Below are positions 17,311 through 26,786 of a DNA stretch of 49,915 nucleotides, one piece after another (within the stretch, counting starts at the first letter, position 1; each line of letters opens with the position of its first letter). Location: NCBI GenBank assembly GCA_029564175.1, contig JAKQQL010000298.1:1-49915 (forward strand), written 5' to 3'. This DNA is from Candidatus Cloacimonadota bacterium (lineage in GTDB: Bacteria > Cloacimonadota > Cloacimonadia > Cloacimonadales > WRIO01). The translations under genes were made by a program, and so were the position numbers. Under the pieces are notes generated by a model. That model worked only from the letters and a program-made list of their open reading frames with translations. It made no database searches and had not been told where the DNA came from.

Positions 17311-19068
17311 TTGAAAAAAGTACTTTTTTTAGCAGTCAACTCACGTTATACACATTCATGTTTATCCATGTATTATTTGAGGACGATGATCAAAGACTTA
17401 AATTATCATTGTCATATATCCGAAAAAAGCATTAACGATCAATATTCCGATATTTGCCATGAAATTTTTGAATTTCAACCAGAGATACTGGCGCTGGCAA
17501 TATATATCTGGAATAAGGAAATCATTGAATATATACTGGCTGATATAAAAAAAATTTTACCTCATCTGATTATCGTAGCAGGAGGACCTGAAATATCATA
17601 TAATGCGCAGCATTATACACAAAATTATCAAATTGATTATCTGATTAAAGGCAGTGGCGAAAAGGCTTTTTACATGCTTGCAGAAAAAGGTTTTTCACAT
17701 CATGAACAAATCATCAATATTCCCAATTATCCTTTTACAGAAATTCCTTTTCCATACCAGCCTGAAGATTGTAATCAGTTAAAAAACAAATATATATATT
17801 ATGAAAGCTCGCGGGGATGTCCGTTTAAATGTGCTTATTGTCTCTCATCAAGATCAGATCAAACATTGGAGTATAAATCTGCAGAACAGGTAAAATCAGA
17901 ACTACTCTCCTTAATAAAATTCTCACCAGATATTATCAAGTTTGTTGACCGATCTTTCAATGTTAATAAAGAATTTGCCAAAGAAATCTGGCAATATCTG
18001 ATTGATTTGAGTCCAAAAATCACATTTCATTTTGAAATCCATCCTTCTTTTATCGATGATTCCTTGATAAATATTCTAAAAAATGCGCCGAATGCTTTAT
18101 TCCAGTTTGAAATCGGAGTTCAATCGACTCATCCCGACACATTAAATGCGATAAATCGCTATTCAGAATGGGAATACTTTTCTACCCAGCTTAAGAAATT
18201 GTTTGAATTAAACAATATTCACTTTCATCTTGATCAGATAGCAGGACTTCCTTTTGAGACATACAGTATCCTTCAAAAGAGTTTCAATCAAATTATCAGT
18301 CTGAAACCGCAGCATTATCAAACAGGTATATTAAAAATCCTCTACGGCACAGAAATGTTTGAGAAAAAGGAACATTATGAGATTCAATCTTCAGCTAAAC
18401 CACCGTATCAGATATTCTCCACAAAATGGCTCAGTTACGAAGAATTAAGAGAATACACAGGCATTGATCATATTGTGGACAGCATATATAATTCTGGTAA
18501 TTTTACACATTTTTTAAAAGTTTTATTTAATGAAACTGTAGAAATTTATCAGGAATTTTTATTTATAAGTCAGCTCTTTCAAAAATATCATATTCAAAAA
18601 AATGAAAAAAACAATCAAAAACTGTTTGCAATTGTTGCTGAGTCGATTGAGAGAAGTGAAATCAATTCACAAGCAAAAGAGCGTAGATTAGATGCACTTC
18701 GCTATGACTGGGCATTGATCAGTCCGGCTCATTTTTATCCTGAAATCCTTAAAGGAGATATTTGCGAACATTTCAGACAAAAAGCCTGGGCTCAGATAAA
18801 AGAAAAAAGACATCATGATCACCTCATTATTAATAATACAATTTTCTCTTTGTCTGAGTTAAGAAAGGCGCGATTCTTTGTAGCATTAAATCAAAATTTC
18901 TACCAGGAAGTGTTACTGCAAAATAAGCCATTAGCAGATTATTCGACTTTATCTGATGTAAAAAGTACTTTTATCTTTCAACGTAATGAGCAGGATTTTT
19001 CCAGTCAAATTCAGGGATTAATCGTCATTAATCCTCAAACAGTCATTGCCTGGCAAGAAAAATTGTAA
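17311..19068 (+). CDS. B12-binding radical SAM protein (DUF4080-type)
   Basis: N-terminal B12 domain (YIWN, GGPEISY); YESSRGCPFKCAYC; KFVDRSFN; TTG start. Confidence 0.85.
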   Translation: MKKVLFLAVNSRYTHSCLSMYYLRTMIKDLNYHCHISEKSINDQYSDICHEIFEFQPEILALAIYIWNKEIIEYILADIKKILPHLIIVAGGPEISYNAQHYTQNYQIDYLIKGSGEKAFYMLAEKGFSHHEQIINIPNYPFTEIPFPYQPEDCNQLKNKYIYYESSRGCPFKCAYCLSSRSDQTLEYKSAEQVKSELLSLIKFSPDIIKFVDRSFNVNKEFAKEIWQYLIDLSPKITFHFEIHPSFIDDSLINILKNAPNALFQFEIGVQSTHPDTLNAINRYSEWEYFSTQLKKLFELNNIHFHLDQIAGLPFETYSILQKSFNQIISLKPQHYQTGILKILYGTEMFEKKEHYEIQSSAKPPYQIFSTKWLSYEELREYTGIDHIVDSIYNSGNFTHFLKVLFNETVEIYQEFLFISQLFQKYHIQKNEKNNQKLFAIVAESIERSEINSQAKERRLDALRYDWALISPAHFYPEILKGDICEHFRQKAWAQIKEKRHHDHLIINNTIFSLSELRKARFFVALNQNFYQEVLLQNKPLADYSTLSDVKSTFIFQRNEQDFSSQIQGLIVINPQTVIAWQEKL

Positions 19069-19163
19069 CAAAACATCATTTTTAGAATTATTTTAATAGT
19101 AGGTCTGTTTCAGACATCATATACAAGTGAAAAATCAGGGAGACAGACTCAGTCTGGAAATAA

Positions 19164-20423
19164 ATGAATCAAATCAAATATATCGGCATTATTAGTATCA
19201 TCCTCATCATACTAATTGGATCAGGTTGTACAAAAAAAACAATTATTAAAACAGAACAAACGGAAAAGCAAAGCAACAAAAAAACAATACTTATCCCTGC
19301 AGGAAGCAGTCTTTACAGCGAATTACAGAAAACAGACATGTCTGCATCTTTGATATCAGAACTGATAACCGCTCTTTCAAATGAAGTTGATATCGAAACA
19401 ATTCAACCAGGGAGCCAGTTTGAGCTCATTTTTGACTCACAAACCAATGAGTTTAAAGAAATTGCTTATCTTGAGAGTGTCATCAGCAGTCATATTATAA
19501 GATATCAAGAAGGTCAGTTTAATTATGAATATGTTGAAAAAGAAACAGAAAAAAGGCTCAGAATAGTAGAAGGATACTTAGATGGCACTCTTAATCAGGC
19601 GTTAAATGAAAAAAAAATAGAATCCTCTGTTAAAAATGAAATTTCACAAACATTAAGTAGCAAGATCAATTTTAGAACCTCTGCCAGAAAAGGGGATTAC
19701 TTTAAAGTGCTGTTGGAAGAAAACTATTATCTGAATCAAAAACTACCAGGAACAAAGCTTTTATATGTTGCCTACGAAGGTAAGACATCCGGAAAAGCAG
19801 AAGCTTACCGTTATGAAGAGTCTGATAAAAAGTCTGCATTTAACGGGATGTATATGGAAAATGGTTTAGCAATGCTTTCTGCTGCTTTAAGATTGCCACT
19901 CGACCGAATTCAAATTACTTCACGCTTTGGTTATCGCATTCACCCGATTTCACGAAGAAAAAAAATGCATAACGGCATTGACTATCGGGCTTCAACTGGA
20001 ACTCCTGTCTATTCAATAGCAGCAGGGACAGTTATCAGGGCAAACTGGTATGGTGGATATGGTAAAACGGTAGAAATCAGACATCAGGATGGTCATATCT
20101 CACAATATGCCCACTTACATCGCATCAATGTAAAACATGGCCAGTCAGTCAAAGCCGGATCAATCATCGGATCAGTGGGTTCTACAGGTTATTCAACAGG
20201 CCCGCACTTACATTTTGGAATTCGAAATAAAAAAAGCTGGATCAATCCTCAAAGTTTCAAAATGACCTCAGCAACAAAGTTGAACAGTGCTCGTTTACAA
20301 GCATTTAAGACACAAATTCAAATCATAAAAGAAAAAATAAACAACAGATTAAACGAACATGCTAACCCGTTAGAAATGACGGTTTTGGAAAGATACCGAA
20401 GAGATAATAATTACCGATTCTGA
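19164..20423 (+). CDS. M23 peptidoglycan endopeptidase (MepM-like lipoprotein)
   Basis: Lipobox GSGC; HNGID, YAHL, STGPHLHF zinc motifs. Confidence 0.9.
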   Translation: MNQIKYIGIISIILIILIGSGCTKKTIIKTEQTEKQSNKKTILIPAGSSLYSELQKTDMSASLISELITALSNEVDIETIQPGSQFELIFDSQTNEFKEIAYLESVISSHIIRYQEGQFNYEYVEKETEKRLRIVEGYLDGTLNQALNEKKIESSVKNEISQTLSSKINFRTSARKGDYFKVLLEENYYLNQKLPGTKLLYVAYEGKTSGKAEAYRYEESDKKSAFNGMYMENGLAMLSAALRLPLDRIQITSRFGYRIHPISRRKKMHNGIDYRASTGTPVYSIAAGTVIRANWYGGYGKTVEIRHQDGHISQYAHLHRINVKHGQSVKAGSIIGSVGSTGYSTGPHLHFGIRNKKSWINPQSFKMTSATKLNSARLQAFKTQIQIIKEKINNRLNEHANPLEMTVLERYRRDNNYRF

Positions 20424-20435
20424 GAGAGGTAAAGT

Positions 20436-20912
20436 ATGAAAATAGTTAAAGCTGATCAAAGCTTCCGGCAGATATGTGCTGAGTTGCTGTTTAAAACTGA
20501 ATTAGGGAAAAGATATTTTATCAATCATCAAAATGAATATATCGGATTTGAACTATTAAAAGAAGGTTTCGATAAAGATACGATCTATTTAGCTGAATCT
20601 GAGAAAGGACAGATTATCGGATTTTCCTGGTTTCAAGAAAGAGGTATTTTTAACTGGTTTCCCTATCTTCATGTTTTGGTGGTAGATCCTGCCTATCAGA
20701 ATACAGGTTATGGTACAGCTCTTCTAAATCATTTTGAGACCTTATGTTATCAGGAAAATAATGCAGTTGATTATTTTTTAGCTGTCGGTGATTATAACAT
20801 CAAAGCCAAATCTCTTTATGAAAAATCAGGTTATCAGGTCGTCGGACCAATTAAAGATTTATATATTAAGGGCGTTTCAGAAATATTAATTCATAAAATC
20901 CGAAGTTATTAA
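20436..20912 (+). CDS. GNAT acetyltransferase
   Basis: VDPAYQNTGYGTALL motif A; N.KAKSLYEKSGY motif B. Confidence 0.85.
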   Translation: MKIVKADQSFRQICAELLFKTELGKRYFINHQNEYIGFELLKEGFDKDTIYLAESEKGQIIGFSWFQERGIFNWFPYLHVLVVDPAYQNTGYGTALLNHFETLCYQENNAVDYFLAVGDYNIKAKSLYEKSGYQVVGPIKDLYIKGVSEILIHKIRSY

Positions 20913-20961
20913 AAATGATATCTGATAAATCAAATCATTCAAATGGCAATCAGACACATTT

Positions 20962-21005
20962 TAATGTGGATCTTCTAAATTCTATTTTATATTAGATCCA
21001 CATTA
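20962..21005. terminator. Inverted repeat after the GNAT gene (possible terminator)
   Basis: taatgtggatct / agatccacatta, 12-bp perfect stem with 20-nt loop. Confidence 0.45.
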
Positions 21006-21150
21006 TTTATAGATTTCATGAAGTTAGAGAATTTATGCAAACTCAAACTCAGCAATATAAAGCCATTTTATAAATTTTTCAAGAAAAAGCTTGACGAATT
21101 ATGCTATAAAATGCTTTTTAAACAAAAAGACTATTATACAGGAGCATAAA

Positions 21151-21528
21151 ATGAGATTAAATCAAAATGGATTCAGTGTTTATCGTATCTTAAGTATCGT
21201 ATTTTTTGCCATTTTCGTTCTGGTTTTGACCCTTCCAAACATGTTTGACTTGAACAAAGGAAAGAAAACAGAAGATTGTCTTAAAAATATGAAGAAGATT
21301 ACTGAAGCTGTCAAAGATTACATCAGCGATCGTGGTCCAGTAACAAAAATCACTGTAAATGATCTGGTAAACGGCAAATACCTCGATAATTCACCTGAAT
21401 GTCCGGAAGAAAACATTGGCGATAAATATAATATCATCATTGACACTGTAAAAAATACTGTTGAAGTTCGCTGTGCTAACGAAGCAAAACATCCAAATCA
21501 TAAATTACCGCCAACTCCACTTTACTAA
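21151..21528 (+). CDS. Type IV pilin/pseudopilin-like protein
   Basis: ATG 21151 after AGGAG; MRLNQNG|FS prepilin-like cleavage site, hydrophobic helix ending LP, C.KNMKKI and ECP..Y..RC..H as in ComGC-like pilins. Confidence 0.65.
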   Translation: MRLNQNGFSVYRILSIVFFAIFVLVLTLPNMFDLNKGKKTEDCLKNMKKITEAVKDYISDRGPVTKITVNDLVNGKYLDNSPECPEENIGDKYNIIIDTVKNTVEVRCANEAKHPNHKLPPTPLY

Positions 21529-21581
21529 TAATTAAAACCAAAATCTGCATGAAAGTATATGCAGAATGTAACCTTTTTGTC

Positions 21582-21613
21582 AGGCAGACTTTTCGAAGTT
21601 TGCCTCTTCTTTT
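21582..21613 (+). terminator. Intrinsic terminator
   Basis: aggcagactt-ttcg-aagtttgcct stem-loop followed by cttctttt. Confidence 0.7.
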
Positions 21614-21756
21614 ACAGGTTAATATATTGAGAATAAGCATACGCATTAGATTGCATTAATGGCAAATCATTCTGCTTACCAAAGTTGCAAGCGAGTAGCA
21701 ATCGTTATTACTCTTACAAAGCGCTTAGCTTGCATCTCACAATAAAGGAGATTATA

Positions 21757-23046
21757 ATGGATTATCAGAGTTTTCTTACACATATATATGAACGATATTC
21801 AGGGAATGTCAAACTGGGTTTAGACAGAATGTATGGTATTCTTGAAAAAATGGGCAACCCAGAAAAAAAGATTAAAGGGATTCATATTGCAGGCACAAAT
21901 GGGAAAGGATCGGTATCAGCAATGTCTGAAGCGCTTTCTATTGGACAGGGATACTCAACTGGGATGAATACTTCTCCTCATCTGATCGATTACTGTGAAC
22001 GCTTTAGATTTAACGGAAAGAACATTGATTATACAGAAATCATGAATATCCATTCTCAATATCAGACCATTTTTGATGAGTTTGAGGCTTCATTTTTCGA
22101 AATAACAACAGCTATAGCCTTTGAGCTGATGTACCAAAAACAGGTAGATACTTCAATTATTGAAGTGGGGCTTGGAGGAAGACTTGACGGAACAAACCCT
22201 TTTAACTCAACTGTCTGTGTTATAACAACGATTTCTCTGGATCATCCAAAAAGTCTCGGATCTTCAATAGAAGAAATCGCTTATGAGAAGGCAGGCATTA
22301 TCAAAGAGTTTACACCTGTAGTTCTTGGTAATATAGTCGATGAAGCAAAAAAAGTAATTCAAAAAGTAGCTCAAGAAAAAAAAGCACCTGTTTATCTGTT
22401 TAACAAAGATTATTTAATTTCTAATGTATGCGTAAGTGAAGAAGGCACTACCTTTAACTATGAAATGCCTGACAAAAAAATCAAGCTGGACCAAATTAAA
22501 ATTAATATGCTGGGAGAACATCAGGCTATCAATGCAGCAAGTGCTTTAACAGCCTTTATCCTTTACAATGAGGCGATTCAAAGAGTGATTGACTTTACAA
22601 AAGTGAGAGAGTCTCTTCAAAAAATAAACTGGTTTGGGCGTATGCAAGTTTTACATACCAATCCTTTGGTAATCATTGACGGTGCACATAACGAAGAAGG
22701 AATAACAACCCTCATTTCTAATCTGAAAAAAATGTTTCCAAATAAATATATTCGCTTTGTAGTAGCGATTTTGAGAGATAAAAAGCTGGATAATATGATC
22801 GCAGATATTTGTCGGTTTGGTCAGGAAATATACATCAGTAAAAACAAATCTGAACGTGCAGCTGATTTAGAAGAACAGATTGAAGTTGCTAAGCAGTTCG
22901 ATATCCCCTACTTTGGTTTTGATGATGTACTCTCTGCCACAAGCGAAGCATGGAAAAAAACACAAGCACACGAAATCCTGGTGATTACCGGATCACTTTA
23001 TACAATCGCAGAAATTTTAAAAATTAAAGAAGACTTGTTTAAATGA
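21757..23046 (+). CDS. folC: Folylpolyglutamate synthase/dihydrofolate synthase
   Basis: IHIAGTNGKGS, TSPHL..ER, EVGLGGRLDGTN, IAYEKAGI, DGAHN, TGSLY; ATG 21757 after AAGGAG. Confidence 0.95.
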   Translation: MDYQSFLTHIYERYSGNVKLGLDRMYGILEKMGNPEKKIKGIHIAGTNGKGSVSAMSEALSIGQGYSTGMNTSPHLIDYCERFRFNGKNIDYTEIMNIHSQYQTIFDEFEASFFEITTAIAFELMYQKQVDTSIIEVGLGGRLDGTNPFNSTVCVITTISLDHPKSLGSSIEEIAYEKAGIIKEFTPVVLGNIVDEAKKVIQKVAQEKKAPVYLFNKDYLISNVCVSEEGTTFNYEMPDKKIKLDQIKINMLGEHQAINAASALTAFILYNEAIQRVIDFTKVRESLQKINWFGRMQVLHTNPLVIIDGAHNEEGITTLISNLKKMFPNKYIRFVVAILRDKKLDNMIADICRFGQEIYISKNKSERAADLEEQIEVAKQFDIPYFGFDDVLSATSEAWKKTQAHEILVITGSLYTIAEILKIKEDLFK

Positions 23047-23915
23047 AACATCGATTCAAAAACTATCTGGAATACTATAGTTTCAGAGCTGTAATAGGTC
23101 TTTTTAAAACCATCCCTTATGGTATTAGTATTCGATTTCTGGCTTATCTCTTGCTTTTTGGCGGAAAAGTACTCAGAATTAGAAGAGCCTTAGTTATCAA
23201 ACAACTAAAAGCAGTATTTCCTGAAAAATCAAGCAAAGAAATCAATCAGCTAACTGACAAAATTTATTTTGAGTTGGGTAAATCAGTATGTGAAATCTTT
23301 ATTGCTGAAGATCAGCAGATTTTTGATCAGATAGAATGTGAAGGACTGGAAGGATTACAAAACTGTCTGTCAAAAAACAAAGGGATTATCTTTGTATCAG
23401 CCCATTTTGGAAATTGGGAAATCGGCGCTAAATATCTGGCTCATCTAACCGGAAAAGTATATGCAGTAGTTAAAAGCCAGCGGAATGTACTCTTTGATGA
23501 ATATATCAATCATTCCCGACTGGAATCAGGTGTACATACCTTACCCATGAAAAGCGCATTAAAAACAATCATAAATGCACTGATCAAGAAAGAGACCGTT
23601 GGTTTTCTGGTGGATCAGTATGCAGGGAAACATGGATCTGATTTACCATTTTTAGGAATCCAGACCAAAGTTTTTACCAGTGTCGCAAAATTATCTTTAA
23701 AAACAAAATCCCCTATAGTTCTGGCTTTTGATGTCAGAAAAGGCTTCTATAAACATCAGTGTTTCATCTGTGAACCCATCTATACGGATAATATTGAGTT
23801 AAATGAAGAAAATATACTTGACTTAACTCAAAAAATCAATTATCATATAGAGGATTATATAAGAAGATTTCCTGAAATGTGGTTCTGGCTACACAGAAGA
23901 TGGAGAAATCTATAG
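23043..23915 (+). CDS. Lipid A late acyltransferase-like (LpxL/LpxP family)
   Basis: AHFGNWE (HxxxxE), LVDQ, PEMWFWLHRRW. Confidence 0.88.
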   Translation: MKHRFKNYLEYYSFRAVIGLFKTIPYGISIRFLAYLLLFGGKVLRIRRALVIKQLKAVFPEKSSKEINQLTDKIYFELGKSVCEIFIAEDQQIFDQIECEGLEGLQNCLSKNKGIIFVSAHFGNWEIGAKYLAHLTGKVYAVVKSQRNVLFDEYINHSRLESGVHTLPMKSALKTIINALIKKETVGFLVDQYAGKHGSDLPFLGIQTKVFTSVAKLSLKTKSPIVLAFDVRKGFYKHQCFICEPIYTDNIELNEENILDLTQKINYHIEDYIRRFPEMWFWLHRRWRNL

Positions 23916-23924
23916 GAGGACTCA

Positions 23925-25310
23925 ATGAAAGTAATCCAAATCGTTCCTGAACTTAGCCCTTTCACAGGGCAATCCAGACAAGCGCTTCTACTTGAACAGT
24001 TTATACTCAATTTAAACAACACACATGCTTTTACGATTTTACCCTGGTATGATACATTGAAAATCAATGATGACAAAGTGAAAGCTCATACCCATTTTCG
24101 TGAAAGTGCTGTTTTTGAGACGTTCTTACCAGCAACTGATTCAATTGTTTATCTGATTAAACCACTAAATGGTTTTTTCTCCAGAGAAGAATTAAAAAAC
24201 GATAATGAAACGCTTCTCCTGTTTAACAAAAGTGTTGTAGAATTTATCCAGTCACTTGATCAATCTTTTATCATTCAATGTCATTCAGCACTTAGTGCAA
24301 TTCTACCCCTTCTTCGCAAAAATAATCCTGTCACTGAACACTATCCTGTTTTACTTACATTGCACGATTTATCTGAGGATTTTGTAATTTTTAAAGAAAG
24401 CATATATAAATATATGCCCAATGAATTTCACAAAAATGAGATAGAAATCAATGGAGCAGACTCAGCCTTAAAGATTGGGTTATTATTTAGTAATATGATT
24501 AATCTGTGTAGTAAAAACTATGCAATAGAAGTACAAAAAGAAGAATCAGAATACAGACAATTTTTCCAAAATCGTGCAGATAAACTTTATGGGATCATGA
24601 ATGGTATTCGCTATGGAATCTGGAATCCGTCTATAGATACTTTTATTCCCTGCAAATATTCATCTGATAATCTATTTGGGCGTTTTTACAATAAAGTCAT
24701 ATTACAGGAAAAGCTAAATCTGGCTGACAGAGAAGAAATCCCTATTCTATTCTTTGGTACAAGGTTATCCAATGAAAAAGGTTTTGATCTGATTTTAGAT
24801 TCTCTTAACGAGTTAAAAGAGATGCCTGTTCAGTTATTAATTTATGGAACAGGCGAAGACTATCCTGAACCGGAAACTGAGAAGCTGATAAACAGTCTGG
24901 AGAATGTTCGTTACATCAGAGATTACGATGAAGAATTTATACACCTGATACTTGCAGGATCGGACTTTATCCTTTTACCCACCCGATCAGAACCCGATGG
25001 TGTCTCATTTTTATATGCGTTAAAATATGGTATCATCCCTATTGCGTATCATACGGGTGGACTTGCTGATGCGATTTTTGATCAAACCTGTCAGGATTCA
25101 TCCAAAGTGAATGGTTTTTTATTCTCCAGTTATGACAGTAACAGCTTTATTTCCATCATCAATGAAGCACTTGATGTCTGGCAGGATAAAACTCTTTTTG
25201 ATAAATATATTAAGAATGCAATGAATGCTGACTGGTCATGGAAAACTTGTATCCGTCAGTATGAAGTGTTGTACGAAAAACTAAAACAATCAAACAATCA
25301 TAATCAATAA
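23925..25310 (+). CDS. Glycogen/starch synthase-like GT5 glycosyltransferase with atypical N-terminus
   Basis: GIMNGI..WNP, RLSNEKG.DL, AGSDF..PTRSEPDG..ALKYG, TGGLAD, DWSW; N-terminal KTGGL motif absent. Confidence 0.75.
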   Translation: MKVIQIVPELSPFTGQSRQALLLEQFILNLNNTHAFTILPWYDTLKINDDKVKAHTHFRESAVFETFLPATDSIVYLIKPLNGFFSREELKNDNETLLLFNKSVVEFIQSLDQSFIIQCHSALSAILPLLRKNNPVTEHYPVLLTLHDLSEDFVIFKESIYKYMPNEFHKNEIEINGADSALKIGLLFSNMINLCSKNYAIEVQKEESEYRQFFQNRADKLYGIMNGIRYGIWNPSIDTFIPCKYSSDNLFGRFYNKVILQEKLNLADREEIPILFFGTRLSNEKGFDLILDSLNELKEMPVQLLIYGTGEDYPEPETEKLINSLENVRYIRDYDEEFIHLILAGSDFILLPTRSEPDGVSFLYALKYGIIPIAYHTGGLADAIFDQTCQDSSKVNGFLFSSYDSNSFISIINEALDVWQDKTLFDKYIKNAMNADWSWKTCIRQYEVLYEKLKQSNNHNQ

Positions 25311-25330
25311 ATAGAAAATACGAGGTTTTA

Positions 25331-26125
25331 ATGAAATTCAATGTAGCAATGTGTCAGTTTAGACCTGTTTTACTCAATCGGGACGCAAACCTCCAAAAAA
25401 TGTTAGACATGGCAGATACAGTAGATGCCGATTTGTTGGTGTTTCCAGAACTTTGTACTTCTGGATATGTTTTCGATCAACAGGAAGAAGTCAGATCAGT
25501 CGCGGAAGATTATCTTCAAGGACCTACCGCAACAGCTTTTAAAAAACTTGCTAAGCAAAAAAATTGCGCCTACGTCATCGGGTTTCCTGAAATAGATAAT
25601 GGTCAGTTTTACAATTCTTCCATGATGGTTTGCCCTGATGGCAATATTCATCTATATCGAAAAATTCATCTGTTTAATGAAGAGAAAAGATGGTTTTCTG
25701 AAGGTAATCTGGGATTCAATGTCTTTACACTAAAAAACAATGTAAAAGTAGGTATGATGATCTGTTTCGACTGGTATTTCCCTGAATCTGCTCGAACACT
25801 CATGCTTAAGGGAGCTCAGATCATTGCACATCCATCCAATTTAGTAATGCCCTGGTGTCAGCAGGCAATGTTAACCAGATGTCTGGAAAACAGAGTGTTT
25901 GGAATCACTTGCAATCGTATTGGTAATGAAGTCAATAAAAGCAGAGATTTTTATTTTACTGGGAAAAGTCAGGTAGTTTCCACAATGGGAGAAAGAATAC
26001 TCAGTTTTTCAGAAGATAAAGAAGAAATTGCTGTTATCGAAATTGACCCTAATCAGGCAGATAACAAACAGGTTAATCAATGGAATCATATTATCAGAGA
26101 CAGAAAAGAGAAATTTTACAAATAA
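25331..26125 (+). CDS. Nitrilase-like carbon-nitrogen hydrolase
   Basis: Catalytic triad motifs FPEL, YRKIHLF, ICFDWYFPE. Confidence 0.9.
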   Translation: MKFNVAMCQFRPVLLNRDANLQKMLDMADTVDADLLVFPELCTSGYVFDQQEEVRSVAEDYLQGPTATAFKKLAKQKNCAYVIGFPEIDNGQFYNSSMMVCPDGNIHLYRKIHLFNEEKRWFSEGNLGFNVFTLKNNVKVGMMICFDWYFPESARTLMLKGAQIIAHPSNLVMPWCQQAMLTRCLENRVFGITCNRIGNEVNKSRDFYFTGKSQVVSTMGERILSFSEDKEEIAVIEIDPNQADNKQVNQWNHIIRDRKEKFYK

Positions 26126-26182
26126 ATTTCTACACTTCTCAGAAGTTAGATGATAATAATTCGTTTCATTTCGCATATCCAT

Positions 26183-26262
26183 TGTAAGTTCAACTATCCC
26201 ATGTAAGTTCAACTATCCCTAGTTGAACTATAAAAGCGTAACTGAGGACAGTTACGCTTACA
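26183..26262. repeat. Inverted REP doublet (family 2) with a 19-bp tandem duplication
   Basis: tgta-agttcaacta-tccc-tagttgaact facing the reverse-complement tgta-agcgtaactg-tcct-cagttacgct; tgtaagttcaactatccc duplicated at 26183 and 26202. Confidence 0.75.
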
Positions 26263-26351
26263 AATAATTAGTTAGAAACCGAGCTTGCGAAGTGCCATAT
26301 TTCCGGAAAACTACAACCTAGAGAGATAAATGTTATCTTTAAGAATAAAGA

Positions 26352-26786
26352 CTACTTTTCTATTCTGACCTTTAGTTTTTTAACTCCACTCGATATCAAA
26401 TCAATCTTTTTGGCAGCAGCCCATGAAATATCAAGGTCTCTACCCTCTACAAAAGGACCTCTGTCGTTGATTCTGACTTCCACTTTCTTATCATTATCTT
26501 CATCCCATATTAGAAGCTTCGTTCCAAAATCAAGTGTTTTATGGGCTGCTGTCATTGCATACATATCAAAAATCTCGCCATTTGCAGTCATTCTGCCATG
26601 GTAATCCTCACCATAAAAGCAGACTGTCATTTCTTGCCAGCCTTCTTTTAAAGGTGTTTTTTTTGCATACTTTGTTTCTTCAGCATGACGGGAATAAACA
26701 ACTGTTGAGCTACAGGCATTTAACATAATTGCTAAGCCCACAACAAGCATTTTCGCACAGATAAAGCAAAATGCCTTTATTTTCAT
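26352..26786 (-). CDS. rlpA: Septal ring lytic transglycosylase RlpA-family lipoprotein
   Basis: Lipobox LNAC; TANGE.FDM.AMTAAHKTL, VRINDRGPF..GR.LDIS. Confidence 0.9.
   Translation of the reverse strand: MKIKAFCFICAKMLVVGLAIMLNACSSTVVYSRHAEETKYAKKTPLKEGWQEMTVCFYGEDYHGRMTANGEIFDMYAMTAAHKTLDFGTKLLIWDEDNDKKVEVRINDRGPFVEGRDLDISWAAAKKIDLISSGVKKLKVRIEK

Noticed and set aside
19099..19156. Short hairpins gtctg-ttt-cagac and cagact-c-agtctg before the M23 gene
   Set aside because: Stems are 5-6 bp and not repeated elsewhere in the window; indistinguishable from chance
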